Shown one piece after another: positions 37,852-49,873 of a DNA stretch of 64,000 nt; position 1 is the stretch's first letter; each line of letters starts with the position of its first letter. A program made the translations under genes and the position numbers. Source of the stretch: Candidatus Multivoradales bacterium (GTDB lineage Bacteria; Acidobacteriota; Thermoanaerobaculia; Multivoradales; J023); the NCBI GenBank assembly GCA_965248925.1, contig CBDFLE010000005.1, positions 1,056,001-1,120,000 of the forward strand, written 5' to 3'. Below the pieces are notes generated by a model. That model ran no database searches and had not been told where the DNA came from. It saw nothing but the letters and a program-made list of their open reading frames with translations.

Positions 37852-40707
37852 ATGCTCCCCAGGCGCTCATTTGTCAGCCGGCTGCCGGCACTTGCCCTGA
37901 CCGGGCTAGCAATCTGCTTGGCCAGCGCTTGCCGGCTGGCCGAGAGCGAGCCTCCGCCAATTCTCCTCAGCGCTGATCTGCGCCGTGCCCAAGAGGTCGA
38001 TATCGACGCCAACGGTCAGCTTCGTCCACGCTTTGTCGGCCGCCGAAACGACATCTACGTCTGTGTCGAGCCGGGCAAAGAAGAAAGCACCAGCCAATGG
38101 CAAGCCCGCTTCGCTCTCGGTCGCCAGCCCCGCCCAGCCGATCCGCCGCGCCCGGCGGTCCACAGTTTTCAGCAGGTTTGTTTTGGTGAGCCCATCCCGG
38201 CGGATTTACAGCCCAACCCGGCACTGATCCTGCACGGCGTGATCTACCGCCATGGCCAGCAGGTACACGAGATAGAACCCCAGATCTTCGCTTACCAGCT
38301 CGATGATCGAGACTTCGGAGAGTGGGTCAGCGAAGACCAGGTCAGCGCCTGTCAACCCATCTTCTCCAGCATCGGTCGCCGCTGTGATAGCGGCCTCGAT
38401 TGGCTTTGCTTCCAGATTTTTCTTGCCTGCCAGTCACGGCTGGCAGCTAACGACCCGCAGAACAAGGACTTGGCGGGCGACTTCGATGCTTTGGAAGAAC
38501 TGGCCAAAACCGCCAACCTGCCGTTAACCGCGGTCAAGCAGAAAGCCATCGCGGCCTTCTTTTTCCGCCAGAAGGGAAGTCCGGAAGCCTTTGCGGAAGC
38601 ACGCTCGCGACTCGCCAGCCTCCCTCCGTGGATCGAGCAACGGCCGGCGGACGAAGCTCATGGCATTGTCCATCAGACTCGCGGCGATTTAGCCGCTGCC
38701 CATGGCGACCTCAAGACAGCGCTGGGTTCATTCGAACAATCTACTCAATTGCTGCGCCGCGCGTTCAGCGTCGAACATCTTTCGAATCGTTTCAAGCGGG
38801 CCAAGATTATTGGGCTGGCGGGATCCGAGCGGGAAGCCATTGAGAGCCTGGAAGCGACCCTTGAGGATTGCACTGCCCTTACTTGCCGGCCGGCCTTGGT
38901 GGCCGCCGCCCGCGGCGACATCGCCTGGTGGACCCTGCTCGATCCGCAGAGCAGCAAGCAAGAAATCGCCGCGGAGGCCGAGTCCCTAGAGTCCGTCTTA
39001 CACCTGCTCGCCAGCGAGGGACCTGTTGCAACGGCGATTCAGCTCATCAACCTGGCGATGCTCTACTCCCGTCTCGACCAAGACCCCATGGCGACACTGA
39101 AAAAAGCCCTGAGCCTGGTCGAGGGTGACGATTCACGGCGAGCTCGCCAGGTCAAGGGGTGGTCCGAACTGGTGATCGGCCAAGAAGGCCTGAAAGCCGG
39201 AGCTCACGCCCAAGCGCTGGCGCATTGTACCCACGCCGCCACCAGCGCCAAGAATCACCAAGCAGAAACCCTGGAGGCCTTCGCTTGGACCTGCCGAGGA
39301 CGAGCTGAGCAGCAGAGGAAGAACTTCGACAGCGCCCTGGCGGCCTTCCGCCAAGCTCGCCACCTCTACGAATCGGCAAACCCCAATCAGCTGAGTCAGG
39401 ACATCTCTCAGTCTCCCGGCCCGCGTGCCGAGACTTACTACCGCGAGGCCAGTGTCTTGCTCGAGCGCGGCTCGGCGGGCGACCCGCAGCGGGCGTGGCG
39501 GCTGTTGGCGCAGCTCGACGTGCTGCCACCCATCGGTGTTCTGGTTGGCGCCAGTGACGCGGACCACGCCAAGATTGGCAAGCTGCGCGACGAGCTGGGC
39601 GACCTCGAGGGAATAGCCCCGCCCAAAGAAAGGGAGCTGCGCGAAAAGAGAAAACGTGAGCTGAGGGAGAAGATCCAGCGCCTGACTCGGGAGACCTACA
39701 ACGCGGTTCGGCGGCAGCCGAGTCCCGATCGTGAGTTGCGTTTTCGCGCCTTCACCATCGATGATCAGATCTTCCTGTTACACCGCGACAGCCAAGGCCG
39801 AGCGCGGTTGATCCGCAGTACGGAAATGGCCAGCCAGGAGCTGCGTCGGCTGACCGATCAGTTGACCCGAGCATTGGCGGGGATTGGTGAGCCGGTAGAT
39901 GATCAGTTGTGGCGGTCGTGGAGCGAGCCCCTAGCCGCTGCCTTGGTGCCCGAGACCAAGCTGCTGGAGGATCTCAGTTCTTTTGCCATGCACGGCGTTC
40001 TACAAGCAGTACCCCTCGCCGCGCTGCCTCTGGCAGAGGGCGGCTGGCTCGGCGATCTGACGACCGTCGTGGTCCGACCGGCGGGCACCAGCGAACTGCC
40101 GCCGACCGACAATCGGGGTGGCCGACCGCTGGTGGTGGTCGATCCGACCAGTGATCTGCGCAGCGGCCCGACATTGAAGAGCTTCTACAGCAAGACTCTG
40201 CCTGACGCCCACGTACTGTATCGCCAACAAGCTACGGTCGCCGCCTTCCGCAACGACCTCGCCGAGGCCAAATGGCTGCACATCGACGCCCACGGCAACT
40301 ACTTTGACTACTTCCCAGAACTGTCGAGCCTGAAGCTGGCCGATGGCGACTTCGCTATTTCCGATCTGGACGAAGTCTGGGCACGCCTCGACTTCGCCAA
40401 TCTGAGCAGCTGCCGCACTGGTAGCTGGCCGATCACTGCTAACGCCGGCCGCTACGGTATCGCCGGCCACGTGGCGAGATTGGGAAGGCCCTGGGTGCTG
40501 GCCAGTCGCACCGACCTCACCGACAAGCTGGCCAGTGCTTTCAACAAAGCCTTCTATCTGCTGATCGCCGATGGCCAGGCAGTACCCGAAGCCTACCGTC
40601 AAGCGCTGGCGCAGGTGCGCATCGAGCAACCCGCCAGCGAGTGGGCAGCGCTGCTGCTACTGCGCGCCGCGCCGACTCCTGCAGGGGTCACAGCGAGCGG
40701 TGGCTGA
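37852..40707 (+). CDS. Lipoprotein TPR-CHAT (caspase-like) protease
   Basis: Lipobox LASAC; TPR helices; CHAT motifs HGVLQAVPLAAL, LVVVDP, WLHIDAHG (His), NLSSCRTG (Cys), FYLLI, ALAQV, WAALLL; ATG 2 nt after the sigma stop. Confidence 0.88.
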   Translation: MLPRRSFVSRLPALALTGLAICLASACRLAESEPPPILLSADLRRAQEVDIDANGQLRPRFVGRRNDIYVCVEPGKEESTSQWQARFALGRQPRPADPPRPAVHSFQQVCFGEPIPADLQPNPALILHGVIYRHGQQVHEIEPQIFAYQLDDRDFGEWVSEDQVSACQPIFSSIGRRCDSGLDWLCFQIFLACQSRLAANDPQNKDLAGDFDALEELAKTANLPLTAVKQKAIAAFFFRQKGSPEAFAEARSRLASLPPWIEQRPADEAHGIVHQTRGDLAAAHGDLKTALGSFEQSTQLLRRAFSVEHLSNRFKRAKIIGLAGSEREAIESLEATLEDCTALTCRPALVAAARGDIAWWTLLDPQSSKQEIAAEAESLESVLHLLASEGPVATAIQLINLAMLYSRLDQDPMATLKKALSLVEGDDSRRARQVKGWSELVIGQEGLKAGAHAQALAHCTHAATSAKNHQAETLEAFAWTCRGRAEQQRKNFDSALAAFRQARHLYESANPNQLSQDISQSPGPRAETYYREASVLLERGSAGDPQRAWRLLAQLDVLPPIGVLVGASDADHAKIGKLRDELGDLEGIAPPKERELREKRKRELREKIQRLTRETYNAVRRQPSPDRELRFRAFTIDDQIFLLHRDSQGRARLIRSTEMASQELRRLTDQLTRALAGIGEPVDDQLWRSWSEPLAAALVPETKLLEDLSSFAMHGVLQAVPLAALPLAEGGWLGDLTTVVVRPAGTSELPPTDNRGGRPLVVVDPTSDLRSGPTLKSFYSKTLPDAHVLYRQQATVAAFRNDLAEAKWLHIDAHGNYFDYFPELSSLKLADGDFAISDLDEVWARLDFANLSSCRTGSWPITANAGRYGIAGHVARLGRPWVLASRTDLTDKLASAFNKAFYLLIADGQAVPEAYRQALAQVRIEQPASEWAALLLLRAAPTPAGVTASGG

Positions 40708-40727
40708 GCTGCCGGCAGCTGTGATGC

Positions 40728-40738
40728 GGGGGGGGGGG
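40728..40738. repeat. G11 tract upstream of anti-sigma-like gene 1
   Basis: GCGGGGGGGGGGGCAGTTTTTTT. Confidence 0.9.
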
Positions 40739-40851
40739 CAGTTTTTTTCGAGATTTCTTGCCAACCAGGGGTCAAGAACCTCTTCCCTTGACTCCTGGGA
40801 TGGTAGAGGGTGGCTTCTTCTCGACCTCTCACTAATTTATTGGGGGACATC

Positions 40852-41688
40852 ATGAGACCGATCGACCGTGAAGAACTGCTGTGGGAATTGTCCGCCAGTG
40901 CCGAGCGAGCTGGCCAAATCGCACCGATCGACAGCCTGCTGATCCGCTACCGCGAAGACGATCTCTCGGCGGGGGAAAGGCGTCGGGTCGAAGAGCTGCT
41001 AGCTCACGATGCCAAGGCCCGTGCTCGTCTGGCGGAGCTCGCCGCGGCGCGGCCGCGAGAACCGCCGAGCGAACTCCGCGCGATGCTGCTCGGCCTGGCG
41101 GCACCTCCCCAACCCAACCGCTGGCGGCGCTCGGCCCTGCTAGCCATCGCCGCCACTACCCTGCTGGCCCTCGGCGCGCTGCTACACAGCACACTGGCTC
41201 CCGGCGGCAAGCCTCTACCGGCGGAAGTCGCTTTCGAGCTGTCGTTCAAGGGCGGGCTGAGGGAAGTGCGGGGCAATAATGAAGTTCCAACCCAGGCCGG
41301 CCACGCCGAAACTTACGAAACCTATCCTTCCGACACCATCGAGCTGTGGTTAACCCCCGAGATCGACATCGCTGACGACCTCGATTTGACCTATGGGGTC
41401 TACCTGCAAGACAACAACAAGCTGATCAAGAATACCGCCGTCGAGATCCGACCCGAAGGCGGCGGCGCCAAGCTCCTGATCCAAGCCAGCGAACTGCTGG
41501 GAGGCAAGCCCGGCAATTTTGAGATCTTTGTCGCTGTCGGCGCCTGCGCCCCCAATAGCATTCCACTGCGAGGCCGGGCGGCTCTGGAAGCACTGCATGG
41601 CGGCGGCCAGCGCCGCGCCTACTCACAACCGTTGAAGCTCATTCCGGAACCCACTGCGGAGGATCCGGGTCCAGATTTAGACAGTTGA
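40852..41688 (+). CDS. Membrane anti-sigma-like protein 1 (zinc-less ZAS-like domain, TM, extracytoplasmic domain)
   Basis: LLIRYREDDLSAGERRRVEELLAHDAKARARL resembles zf-HC2 without H/C ligands; TM WRRSALLAIAATTLLALGALL; paralog of 45775-46620. Confidence 0.7.
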   Translation: MRPIDREELLWELSASAERAGQIAPIDSLLIRYREDDLSAGERRRVEELLAHDAKARARLAELAAARPREPPSELRAMLLGLAAPPQPNRWRRSALLAIAATTLLALGALLHSTLAPGGKPLPAEVAFELSFKGGLREVRGNNEVPTQAGHAETYETYPSDTIELWLTPEIDIADDLDLTYGVYLQDNNKLIKNTAVEIRPEGGGAKLLIQASELLGGKPGNFEIFVAVGACAPNSIPLRGRAALEALHGGGQRRAYSQPLKLIPEPTAEDPGPDLDS

Positions 41689-41761
41689 AGCCGCGGCATT
41701 CCTGGAGCTCGATCGAGCCCCGTTCTGGCGCTATTTTGTTACCGAGAGGAATGGGGATTCT

Positions 41762-43612
41762 GTGCAGGTACGTCGAAAACCGAAAGCTTACATACGTCTA
41801 TGCGAATACGCAAGAACTAGCATTGTGGCCAGCGCCGCAATCAGCCTGGCATTGGTCGGTAGCACGGCTTCTCAGGCGTTCCAACTCGTCGAGCTACCTT
41901 TGCGCGTCGATTGGACGCTCTACTCAGCCAACTCCAACGAATGCTGCGTACCGCCACCAGCCAGCGGCGCGGTAGCCTGCGGCAACTACGGCACCTTCTT
42001 TTTTGGCGCCGATCCCGGCGGCTCGGTCGACTGTCTGGTCAAAGCCGGGGGGTCCGATCCCAGTCCGATTGGCTACAATCTACCCAAACACCAGGCCGAT
42101 CAGAATTTCTTTGCCCTCGAAGTGCCGATCGAATGGCCGAGAAAGGCCGGCTCGCAGCAAATCGGCAACGGCGACGACGGTCAAGGCGACCACGGTCAAG
42201 GCAGCGATAGCGACCAGGAGCAGCCGCCGTCCCCTCCAGTTCGTCCTCCTGGCTCACCCTGCCATGATTTCTCTTGCCTGAGCCCGGCCGGCGGTGAAGA
42301 CGGCCAGCAACCCTGGATGATGATTCTCGACTGGCAAGAAGAACCACTCGCCAAGCACGGCATGATGGTGGCGGCAATCGCCAGCCAGATGTTCCACGAA
42401 CCAGTGACCCTATTCGGTGTTGACCGTCCCGAAACCGTAACCTTGCTCGGCGCCGGCATCAGCGACGCCCACTTGATCTACAACCTCTGCGAGGTGATCG
42501 AAGAGGTGGATGCGGGTACCCTGCGAGCACCGACCAGCCTCAACATGAGCCTCGGCCGCCACCACCAGGAGGGCGAGGCCACCGATCTGAGCTGCGACTC
42601 CAACACCCTCAACTGCCAACTGGCCCAGGTCATCCAACAGCTCCGCCACAAGGGCACTATCCCCTTCGCCGCCGCGGGCAACTATCGGCAGAAGGAATTT
42701 CCCGGCATCCTGGAGCACGTCGTCGAGGTTGGAAACTTGGATATGGCCCGCTTCCAGGCCAGCCAAGCCTCCGAGCCCACCTGGGAAACCCCCCCGGACA
42801 CTCAGTTGCTAATGCCCGGCTACGGCATGTGCATCGAATACCCCGACCACGGGCAACGGTTGCTCTACGCCACTCCTGGCGGCACTTCCTTCTCCAGCAT
42901 CAACGCCGCCAGCATGATCAGCAGAGCCATGTTGGACTACGACCTGGCCGATCCGACGGGCCTTTCCTGGGCACCGGAATGGCGAGAGCACCCCGAGAGC
43001 CACGGCGGGTGTTTCGTTTTCGGCGACTTCTCACCGCCGAATTGCAACCCGGTTCTCGACCGGATGATCAAACGGATGACCAATTTCCCAGTTCCCACAT
43101 GCTGGTCGCCGGAGATCTCCGCCTCGGTACTTGATCTGGACATGCCGGCGGTGCCACCGCAGCGCAAGCTAACCCTAGATAAGCCCGGACTGTCGGAGTG
43201 CCTGGCCAACCACCTGCCAGCCCCCACCAATGACATTTGCATCCCCTGTGGCATGGGTCAGAGCGAGTCCAAATCAGCGCCGCTGGGTAAATACATCGAC
43301 CGCCCCATGGACGCTGCCAACGATTTGATTCTCGATCTCTCGGGGAGCGCTCCAGAGCAGAGCAGCAGCGCCACTCGACCGACCTCGATGTACTTGCGGA
43401 TCGGTAGTGAATTCCATCTCCTACTCGGCCCTGACAACCCGCAAGAAATCGCCGACTTGTCTGATGCCAGGTACCAAAACTTGGTGGTGCGCAACGCCAT
43501 CTCTTATGTCCCAGCGGACATCCAACCCTCCTTAGTGACGTTCTACGCCCAACCGGGTGCCAACGACCTAGGTTGTTGGCACGCTTCACCGATTCTGCTG
43601 ATGGGTCGCTAG
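41762..43612 (+). CDS. Secreted Cys-rich subtilase (S8)-like protease, paralog A
   Basis: Signal peptide; MILDW (Asp), HGMMVA (His), LNMSLG, FAAAGN (oxyanion Asn), GGTSFSS (Ser). Confidence 0.8.
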   Translation: MQVRRKPKAYIRLCEYARTSIVASAAISLALVGSTASQAFQLVELPLRVDWTLYSANSNECCVPPPASGAVACGNYGTFFFGADPGGSVDCLVKAGGSDPSPIGYNLPKHQADQNFFALEVPIEWPRKAGSQQIGNGDDGQGDHGQGSDSDQEQPPSPPVRPPGSPCHDFSCLSPAGGEDGQQPWMMILDWQEEPLAKHGMMVAAIASQMFHEPVTLFGVDRPETVTLLGAGISDAHLIYNLCEVIEEVDAGTLRAPTSLNMSLGRHHQEGEATDLSCDSNTLNCQLAQVIQQLRHKGTIPFAAAGNYRQKEFPGILEHVVEVGNLDMARFQASQASEPTWETPPDTQLLMPGYGMCIEYPDHGQRLLYATPGGTSFSSINAASMISRAMLDYDLADPTGLSWAPEWREHPESHGGCFVFGDFSPPNCNPVLDRMIKRMTNFPVPTCWSPEISASVLDLDMPAVPPQRKLTLDKPGLSECLANHLPAPTNDICIPCGMGQSESKSAPLGKYIDRPMDAANDLILDLSGSAPEQSSSATRPTSMYLRIGSEFHLLLGPDNPQEIADLSDARYQNLVVRNAISYVPADIQPSLVTFYAQPGANDLGCWHASPILLMGR

Positions 43613-43728
43613 GCCTCACCAGCACCCAGGGATTGAAACCACGAGATCAAAACCGCGAGATGAAGACCGCGGCGCCCGGAACCACTCCAACAACAGCCGC
43701 CGTTCAGTAGCAAGCAGAAGGGGATACA

Positions 43729-45624
43729 TTGAAAAGAATTCGGCTCATGCTAAAGACTCGCTTTCGCCGGCCTCGGCTGATCGCCGCCATCGCCTGCGGC
43801 CTCCTACCGATCAGTGCCACCGCTCAAGCAGGAGTGATATTCCCGATCGTCGACCCCGACGATATCGAATGGACCCTCTACTCGTCGCAGCCCGGAGACT
43901 GCAATTCGCCTCCCCCCGACTCCTTGTCGGTAGATTGCGGCACCTACGGCACGTTCTATTTTGGCCCACCGCTACCACAGTTAGATTGCACCGATTTGGC
44001 ATCTGGAACCGAAAGTGCGCCGGGCGGCTACAATCTGCACAGCTTTGAGGTGCTAGCCAAGCGGCAGTACACCGACGCGGTCTTCACCATCCTGCCGATT
44101 CTAAAAGCCGCCGCCAATATCGGCAGCGGTACTGGCAGCGGTATTGGCAGCGGTAATGGCGAGCTGAATCAACCACTGGAGGCACCGCTCAAGCCCTGCG
44201 CCAACGGCTCGTGCCTGAGTCCGCCCGGCGGCGGCGATGGCCAGCAGCGGTGGCTGATGGTCCTCGATTGGAAGAATGGGCCGCAAGCGGATCATGGCCT
44301 GATGATGGCGGCGATCGGCTCCCAAGTATGGCAAGGAGCGGTGCATCTGGCCGGGGTCGATTCGACAGAGACCATCAGCGTGCTGGGCGAAGGGATCAGC
44401 GATGGCCACTTGATCCATCAGCTCTGTCAGATCGTCGACTCAGTAGACGACGGCATCTTGCGCGCTCCGGAAGGCCTAAGTATGAGCCTGGGACGCTACG
44501 ACGAGGGAACTAGCTCCTCCAGCAGCTGTACCGCCACTTCCAGCGAGTTGACTTGTCAGTTGCAACAGGTAATCCAGCAGTTGGCCGACGCCGGCACCCT
44601 GGTATTCGCCGCCGCGGGCAATTACCAGAAGTTGGAGATTCCCGCCACTCTGCCCAACGTCACCGATATCGGCAATCTCGACATGCCGGCCTTCCAGCAT
44701 TTCGGCGCCATCCAACCCTCCTGGGAATCACCCGCCGAGAGCACATTGGTGTTTCCCGGCTCCGGTATTTGTGTGGAATACGAAAATGCTGGCGAGCGGT
44801 TGCTCTACCCCACGCCGGGGGGTACTTCCTACGCCAACATCATCGCCGCCAGCATGATCAGCCGCGCCGCTGTGACCTACCAACTGCCAGAGCCCCTGGC
44901 CTACTCTTGGAAACCGAGCTGGCAGCAGCCGACCAACGAGCATGGGGAAGGGAATGGCGAAGGCTGTTTCGTCTACGGCAATTTTGGCTATCCCTATTGC
45001 AATCAAGCCGTGAGCCGAATGATGAAACGAATTCTCGGCTTTCCGATAACAACCTGTTGGTCGGTCGAGATCAGCAATGCGGTGCTCGAGATAGACATGC
45101 CGGCGGGTGCACCGCTGGTCGGCGTCACCGACGACGCACCAGGGCTATCCCAATGCCTTGCCAACCATCAACCAGCACCGACCAACGATCTGTGCATCCC
45201 TTGTGGCATGGGCCAGAGCAAGGCCAAGGCACAGCAGCTGTGGCGGTCGAAGGCTATCGGCAGACCGATTGACGAACGACGAGACGCGGTGCTCGACATC
45301 TCCGCCACTACTCCGCTGAACCCACCCGGTACTTCAGTCACCCTCGAGATCACCGAGCTCTTCCTGCGGGTCGGCGAAGACTTCTACCCGCTGCTCAGCA
45401 GGAGCGACCCCGGTCAGGCGTTCCAGCTGAGCCAAATGGCGAAGGCTAAGTTCGAAACCCTGGTGGTCTATGGTGCCATCCCCTTCGTGCCTGCTGGATC
45501 GCAACCCTCGCTGGTGGCTTTCTACCAGGAAACGGCTTCAGCGGGATCCATCCAAACCGACTGTTGGCACTCCTCGCCTCTGAACATGATGGGGGCCGGT
45601 GACGCGAACTCGCTATACCCCTGA
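43729..45624 (+). CDS. Secreted Cys-rich subtilase (S8)-like protease, paralog B
   Basis: Signal peptide; MVLDW, HGLMMA, LSMSLG, FAAAGN, GGTSYAN. Confidence 0.8.
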   Translation: MKRIRLMLKTRFRRPRLIAAIACGLLPISATAQAGVIFPIVDPDDIEWTLYSSQPGDCNSPPPDSLSVDCGTYGTFYFGPPLPQLDCTDLASGTESAPGGYNLHSFEVLAKRQYTDAVFTILPILKAAANIGSGTGSGIGSGNGELNQPLEAPLKPCANGSCLSPPGGGDGQQRWLMVLDWKNGPQADHGLMMAAIGSQVWQGAVHLAGVDSTETISVLGEGISDGHLIHQLCQIVDSVDDGILRAPEGLSMSLGRYDEGTSSSSSCTATSSELTCQLQQVIQQLADAGTLVFAAAGNYQKLEIPATLPNVTDIGNLDMPAFQHFGAIQPSWESPAESTLVFPGSGICVEYENAGERLLYPTPGGTSYANIIAASMISRAAVTYQLPEPLAYSWKPSWQQPTNEHGEGNGEGCFVYGNFGYPYCNQAVSRMMKRILGFPITTCWSVEISNAVLEIDMPAGAPLVGVTDDAPGLSQCLANHQPAPTNDLCIPCGMGQSKAKAQQLWRSKAIGRPIDERRDAVLDISATTPLNPPGTSVTLEITELFLRVGEDFYPLLSRSDPGQAFQLSQMAKAKFETLVVYGAIPFVPAGSQPSLVAFYQETASAGSIQTDCWHSSPLNMMGAGDANSLYP

Positions 45625-45686
45625 CCCCGCCGCCTGGCAGTCTCCTGGTTTAAATCGCACTCGAACACCTGCCGCTGATCGGCCTT

Positions 45687-45696
45687 GGGGGGGGGG
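45687..45696. repeat. G10 tract upstream of anti-sigma-like gene 2, inside an inverted repeat
   Basis: GCCGCTGAT-cggcctt-G10-ca-ATCAGCGGC. Confidence 0.9.
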
Positions 45697-45774
45697 CAAT
45701 CAGCGGCCCTTCAGACTCCTGAATAATCAAGGGGAGCGAACCAAAGTGACCTTTCGCAAGTCTTCGGGGGCAAC

Positions 45775-46620
45775 ATGAGACTGATTGAAAGAGACCACCT
45801 ACTATGGACCTTGGCGGATATTCGGCGGCAGAACGCCACGGAGGGGCCAAATCCGGCGCCGCAGGCAATACCGATTGACCACCTACTGCTGAGCTATCGC
45901 CACGACCAGCAGACCGCCGCGGGCCGCCGCCGCATCGAAACCTTGCTGGCCAGCAGCAGCGCGGCTCGCCGCCGTCTGTATCACCTTGCCGAGGTCAACC
46001 TATCTTCGCCGCCAGCGGAGCTGCGGTGCCAACTCCTCAGCAGGGCCCGGCAGCCGCGCCGACACCACATCCATGGGTCGGCGTTCCTCGCCCTGGCGGC
46101 AACGGCCTTGCTCGCGCTGGGTTCCTGGCAGCTGCTCGGGGGCCAGCAGCCTCTGCCGTTGCCAGCGCAGACCTCCTTCACTTTAGTGCTCGAGGGTGGG
46201 TTCGGCGCACGCCGGGCTGCTGACTCCGCGGCCGCGGCCAGCACTACCCTGGGGCTTGCTAGCGTGCATCCTTCAAGCCATTTGAGATTCGTTCTGCAGC
46301 CCGAGAGCGAGTTCGACATGGATCTTCTGTACGGCCTCTACCGCCAGGCTAATGGAGACCTCCAGCGGGTCACTCACGGACTTCACATGCAACTGGAAGG
46401 TGGCGGCGCCCAGCTAAGCATTAGCGCCGCGAACCTGCTCGGCTACCAGCCTGGGGACTACCAAGTTTTCCTGGTGGTCGGCGCGGGCAGCCTACCCAGC
46501 AGAGTCGACTTGGAGCCGCGGCGAGATCCACTCGCAAGCCTCAGCCAGGACGGCTTGCGACGCGCCTATTCACAATTACTCAGGCTGGAGGCCGAGACCT
46601 CGGCGGCAGCTACCTACTGA
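45775..46620 (+). CDS. Membrane anti-sigma-like protein 2
   Basis: MRLIERDHLLWTL..PIDHLLLSYRHDQQTAAGRRRIETLLASSSAARRRL; TM; shares EGGGA.L.I.A..LLG..PG...F..VGA and RRAYSQ.L.L with 40852-41688. Confidence 0.7.
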   Translation: MRLIERDHLLWTLADIRRQNATEGPNPAPQAIPIDHLLLSYRHDQQTAAGRRRIETLLASSSAARRRLYHLAEVNLSSPPAELRCQLLSRARQPRRHHIHGSAFLALAATALLALGSWQLLGGQQPLPLPAQTSFTLVLEGGFGARRAADSAAAASTTLGLASVHPSSHLRFVLQPESEFDMDLLYGLYRQANGDLQRVTHGLHMQLEGGGAQLSISAANLLGYQPGDYQVFLVVGAGSLPSRVDLEPRRDPLASLSQDGLRRAYSQLLRLEAETSAAATY

Positions 46621-46693
46621 TCCATCGCGGCAGGCGGCTCTCGGCCGGTTCCGGCCAGCCGCTGCCCGTAGCGAACCCACGGAAGGGGATTCC

Positions 46694-48565
<1,872 letters not shown>

Positions 48566-48625
48566 ACCAGCGGCTGAACGAGCGGCCGAAAGAAGGTGAA
48601 GTCCGCGGGTGCTAAGGTCGGCGCC

Positions 48626-49801
48626 ATGACCAGTGCACCTCCCCTGACCGATGCCGAACTGCTAAGCCGACTAGTGGGTTTTGATTCCACTAGCCAGCAC
48701 AGCAATCTGCCGATCGCCGACTTTATCTGCACTTACCTCGACCGACCCGGTCTGCGTATCGAGCGCAACCCCTCAGCGGCCGGCGACAAGGTCAATCTGG
48801 TGATCTCGACCGGCCCCGAAGTCGACCCGGTCAGTCGCGCGGGGTTGGTACTTTGCGGCCATATGGATGTTGTGCCAGCCACCGAGCCGGAGTGGCAGAG
48901 CAACCCCTTCGAACTGGTCGAGACCAGCAGCAGCTATGTCGGCCGCGGCGCCTGCGACATGAAGGGGTTTCTCGCCTTGGCGATCAACCTGGCGGCGCAG
49001 GCTAACCCAAGTCAGCTCGACGCACCGCTGGTCTTGCTGCTGACTTACGACGAGGAGGTCGGTACCTTGGGTGGCAAACACTTCGTCGACAGCTGGCCGT
49101 TCGCCGAGCGCCCGGTGCCGCGGCGGACTATTATCGGCGAGCCAACCTCCCTCGCCGCCGTACGCCTGCACAAAGGCCACGCCAAAATGCGCTTGACGGT
49201 GCGCGGCGTCGGTGCCCACAGCGGTTACCCCCACCTGGGAGAGAACGCGATCGAGCCAGCAGCTCGCGCCATTGTCGCCCTCGGCGAGTTGCGGCAGCAG
49301 CTCGAGGACGAAGCTGGCGCCGAAGCAGAACACTTTCCCCAAGTACCCTTCGTCGCGCTCAATATCGCCACCGTCGCGGGCGGCTCGGCGGTCAACATCG
49401 TGCCTGAGGAGTGCCAAGTCGAATTGGGCTTCCGAGTGCTACCAGGAATGCAGGCCGCGGACATCGAACATCGCATTCACCAAGTAGTGACCACCACCCT
49501 GGGCGACAGTGATTGGCAGCTCGAAGCCACCGGCGAAAGCCCACCCCTGGCCCTGGCCGAGAGCAACGACCTCTACCAGATGGTGTGCCAGCTGGTGGCT
49601 CAAGAGAACACCGCCAGCGCCTCTTTCGCCACCGATGGGGGTTGGCTGCAACAAGCCGCGATGGATTGTCTGTTGTTTGGTCCTGGAACCATCGAAGTGG
49701 CCCACAAACCGAATGAGTTCCTGCCCAAAGACGAGTTTCGCCGCGCCGCCGGGCTGCTGCGCAAGCTGTGCGAGCAACTCTGCGGCAGCGCAGCTGGCTG
49801 A
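48626..49801 (+). CDS. argE: Acetylornithine deacetylase (M20 family)
   Basis: GHMDVVP, GRGACDMKGF, DEEVG, IIGEPT, HKG, AHS, GG.AVNIVP, GPGTIEVAHKPNE. Confidence 0.9.
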   Translation: MTSAPPLTDAELLSRLVGFDSTSQHSNLPIADFICTYLDRPGLRIERNPSAAGDKVNLVISTGPEVDPVSRAGLVLCGHMDVVPATEPEWQSNPFELVETSSSYVGRGACDMKGFLALAINLAAQANPSQLDAPLVLLLTYDEEVGTLGGKHFVDSWPFAERPVPRRTIIGEPTSLAAVRLHKGHAKMRLTVRGVGAHSGYPHLGENAIEPAARAIVALGELRQQLEDEAGAEAEHFPQVPFVALNIATVAGGSAVNIVPEECQVELGFRVLPGMQAADIEHRIHQVVTTTLGDSDWQLEATGESPPLALAESNDLYQMVCQLVAQENTASASFATDGGWLQQAAMDCLLFGPGTIEVAHKPNEFLPKDEFRRAAGLLRKLCEQLCGSAAG

Positions 49802-49841
49802 AATCCGCCGCCAAAATCGCGAAGCCCAAAATATCTCTTGC

Positions 49842-49859
49842 ATTAACACGAACGATCGT
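49842..49859. promoter_or_regulatory. Putative TetR operator, site 1
   Basis: ATTAACACGAACGATCGT just upstream of the tetR ATG; exact inverted copy at 50544-50561. Confidence 0.7.
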
Positions 49860-49873
49860 ACTATTTTACTCGC

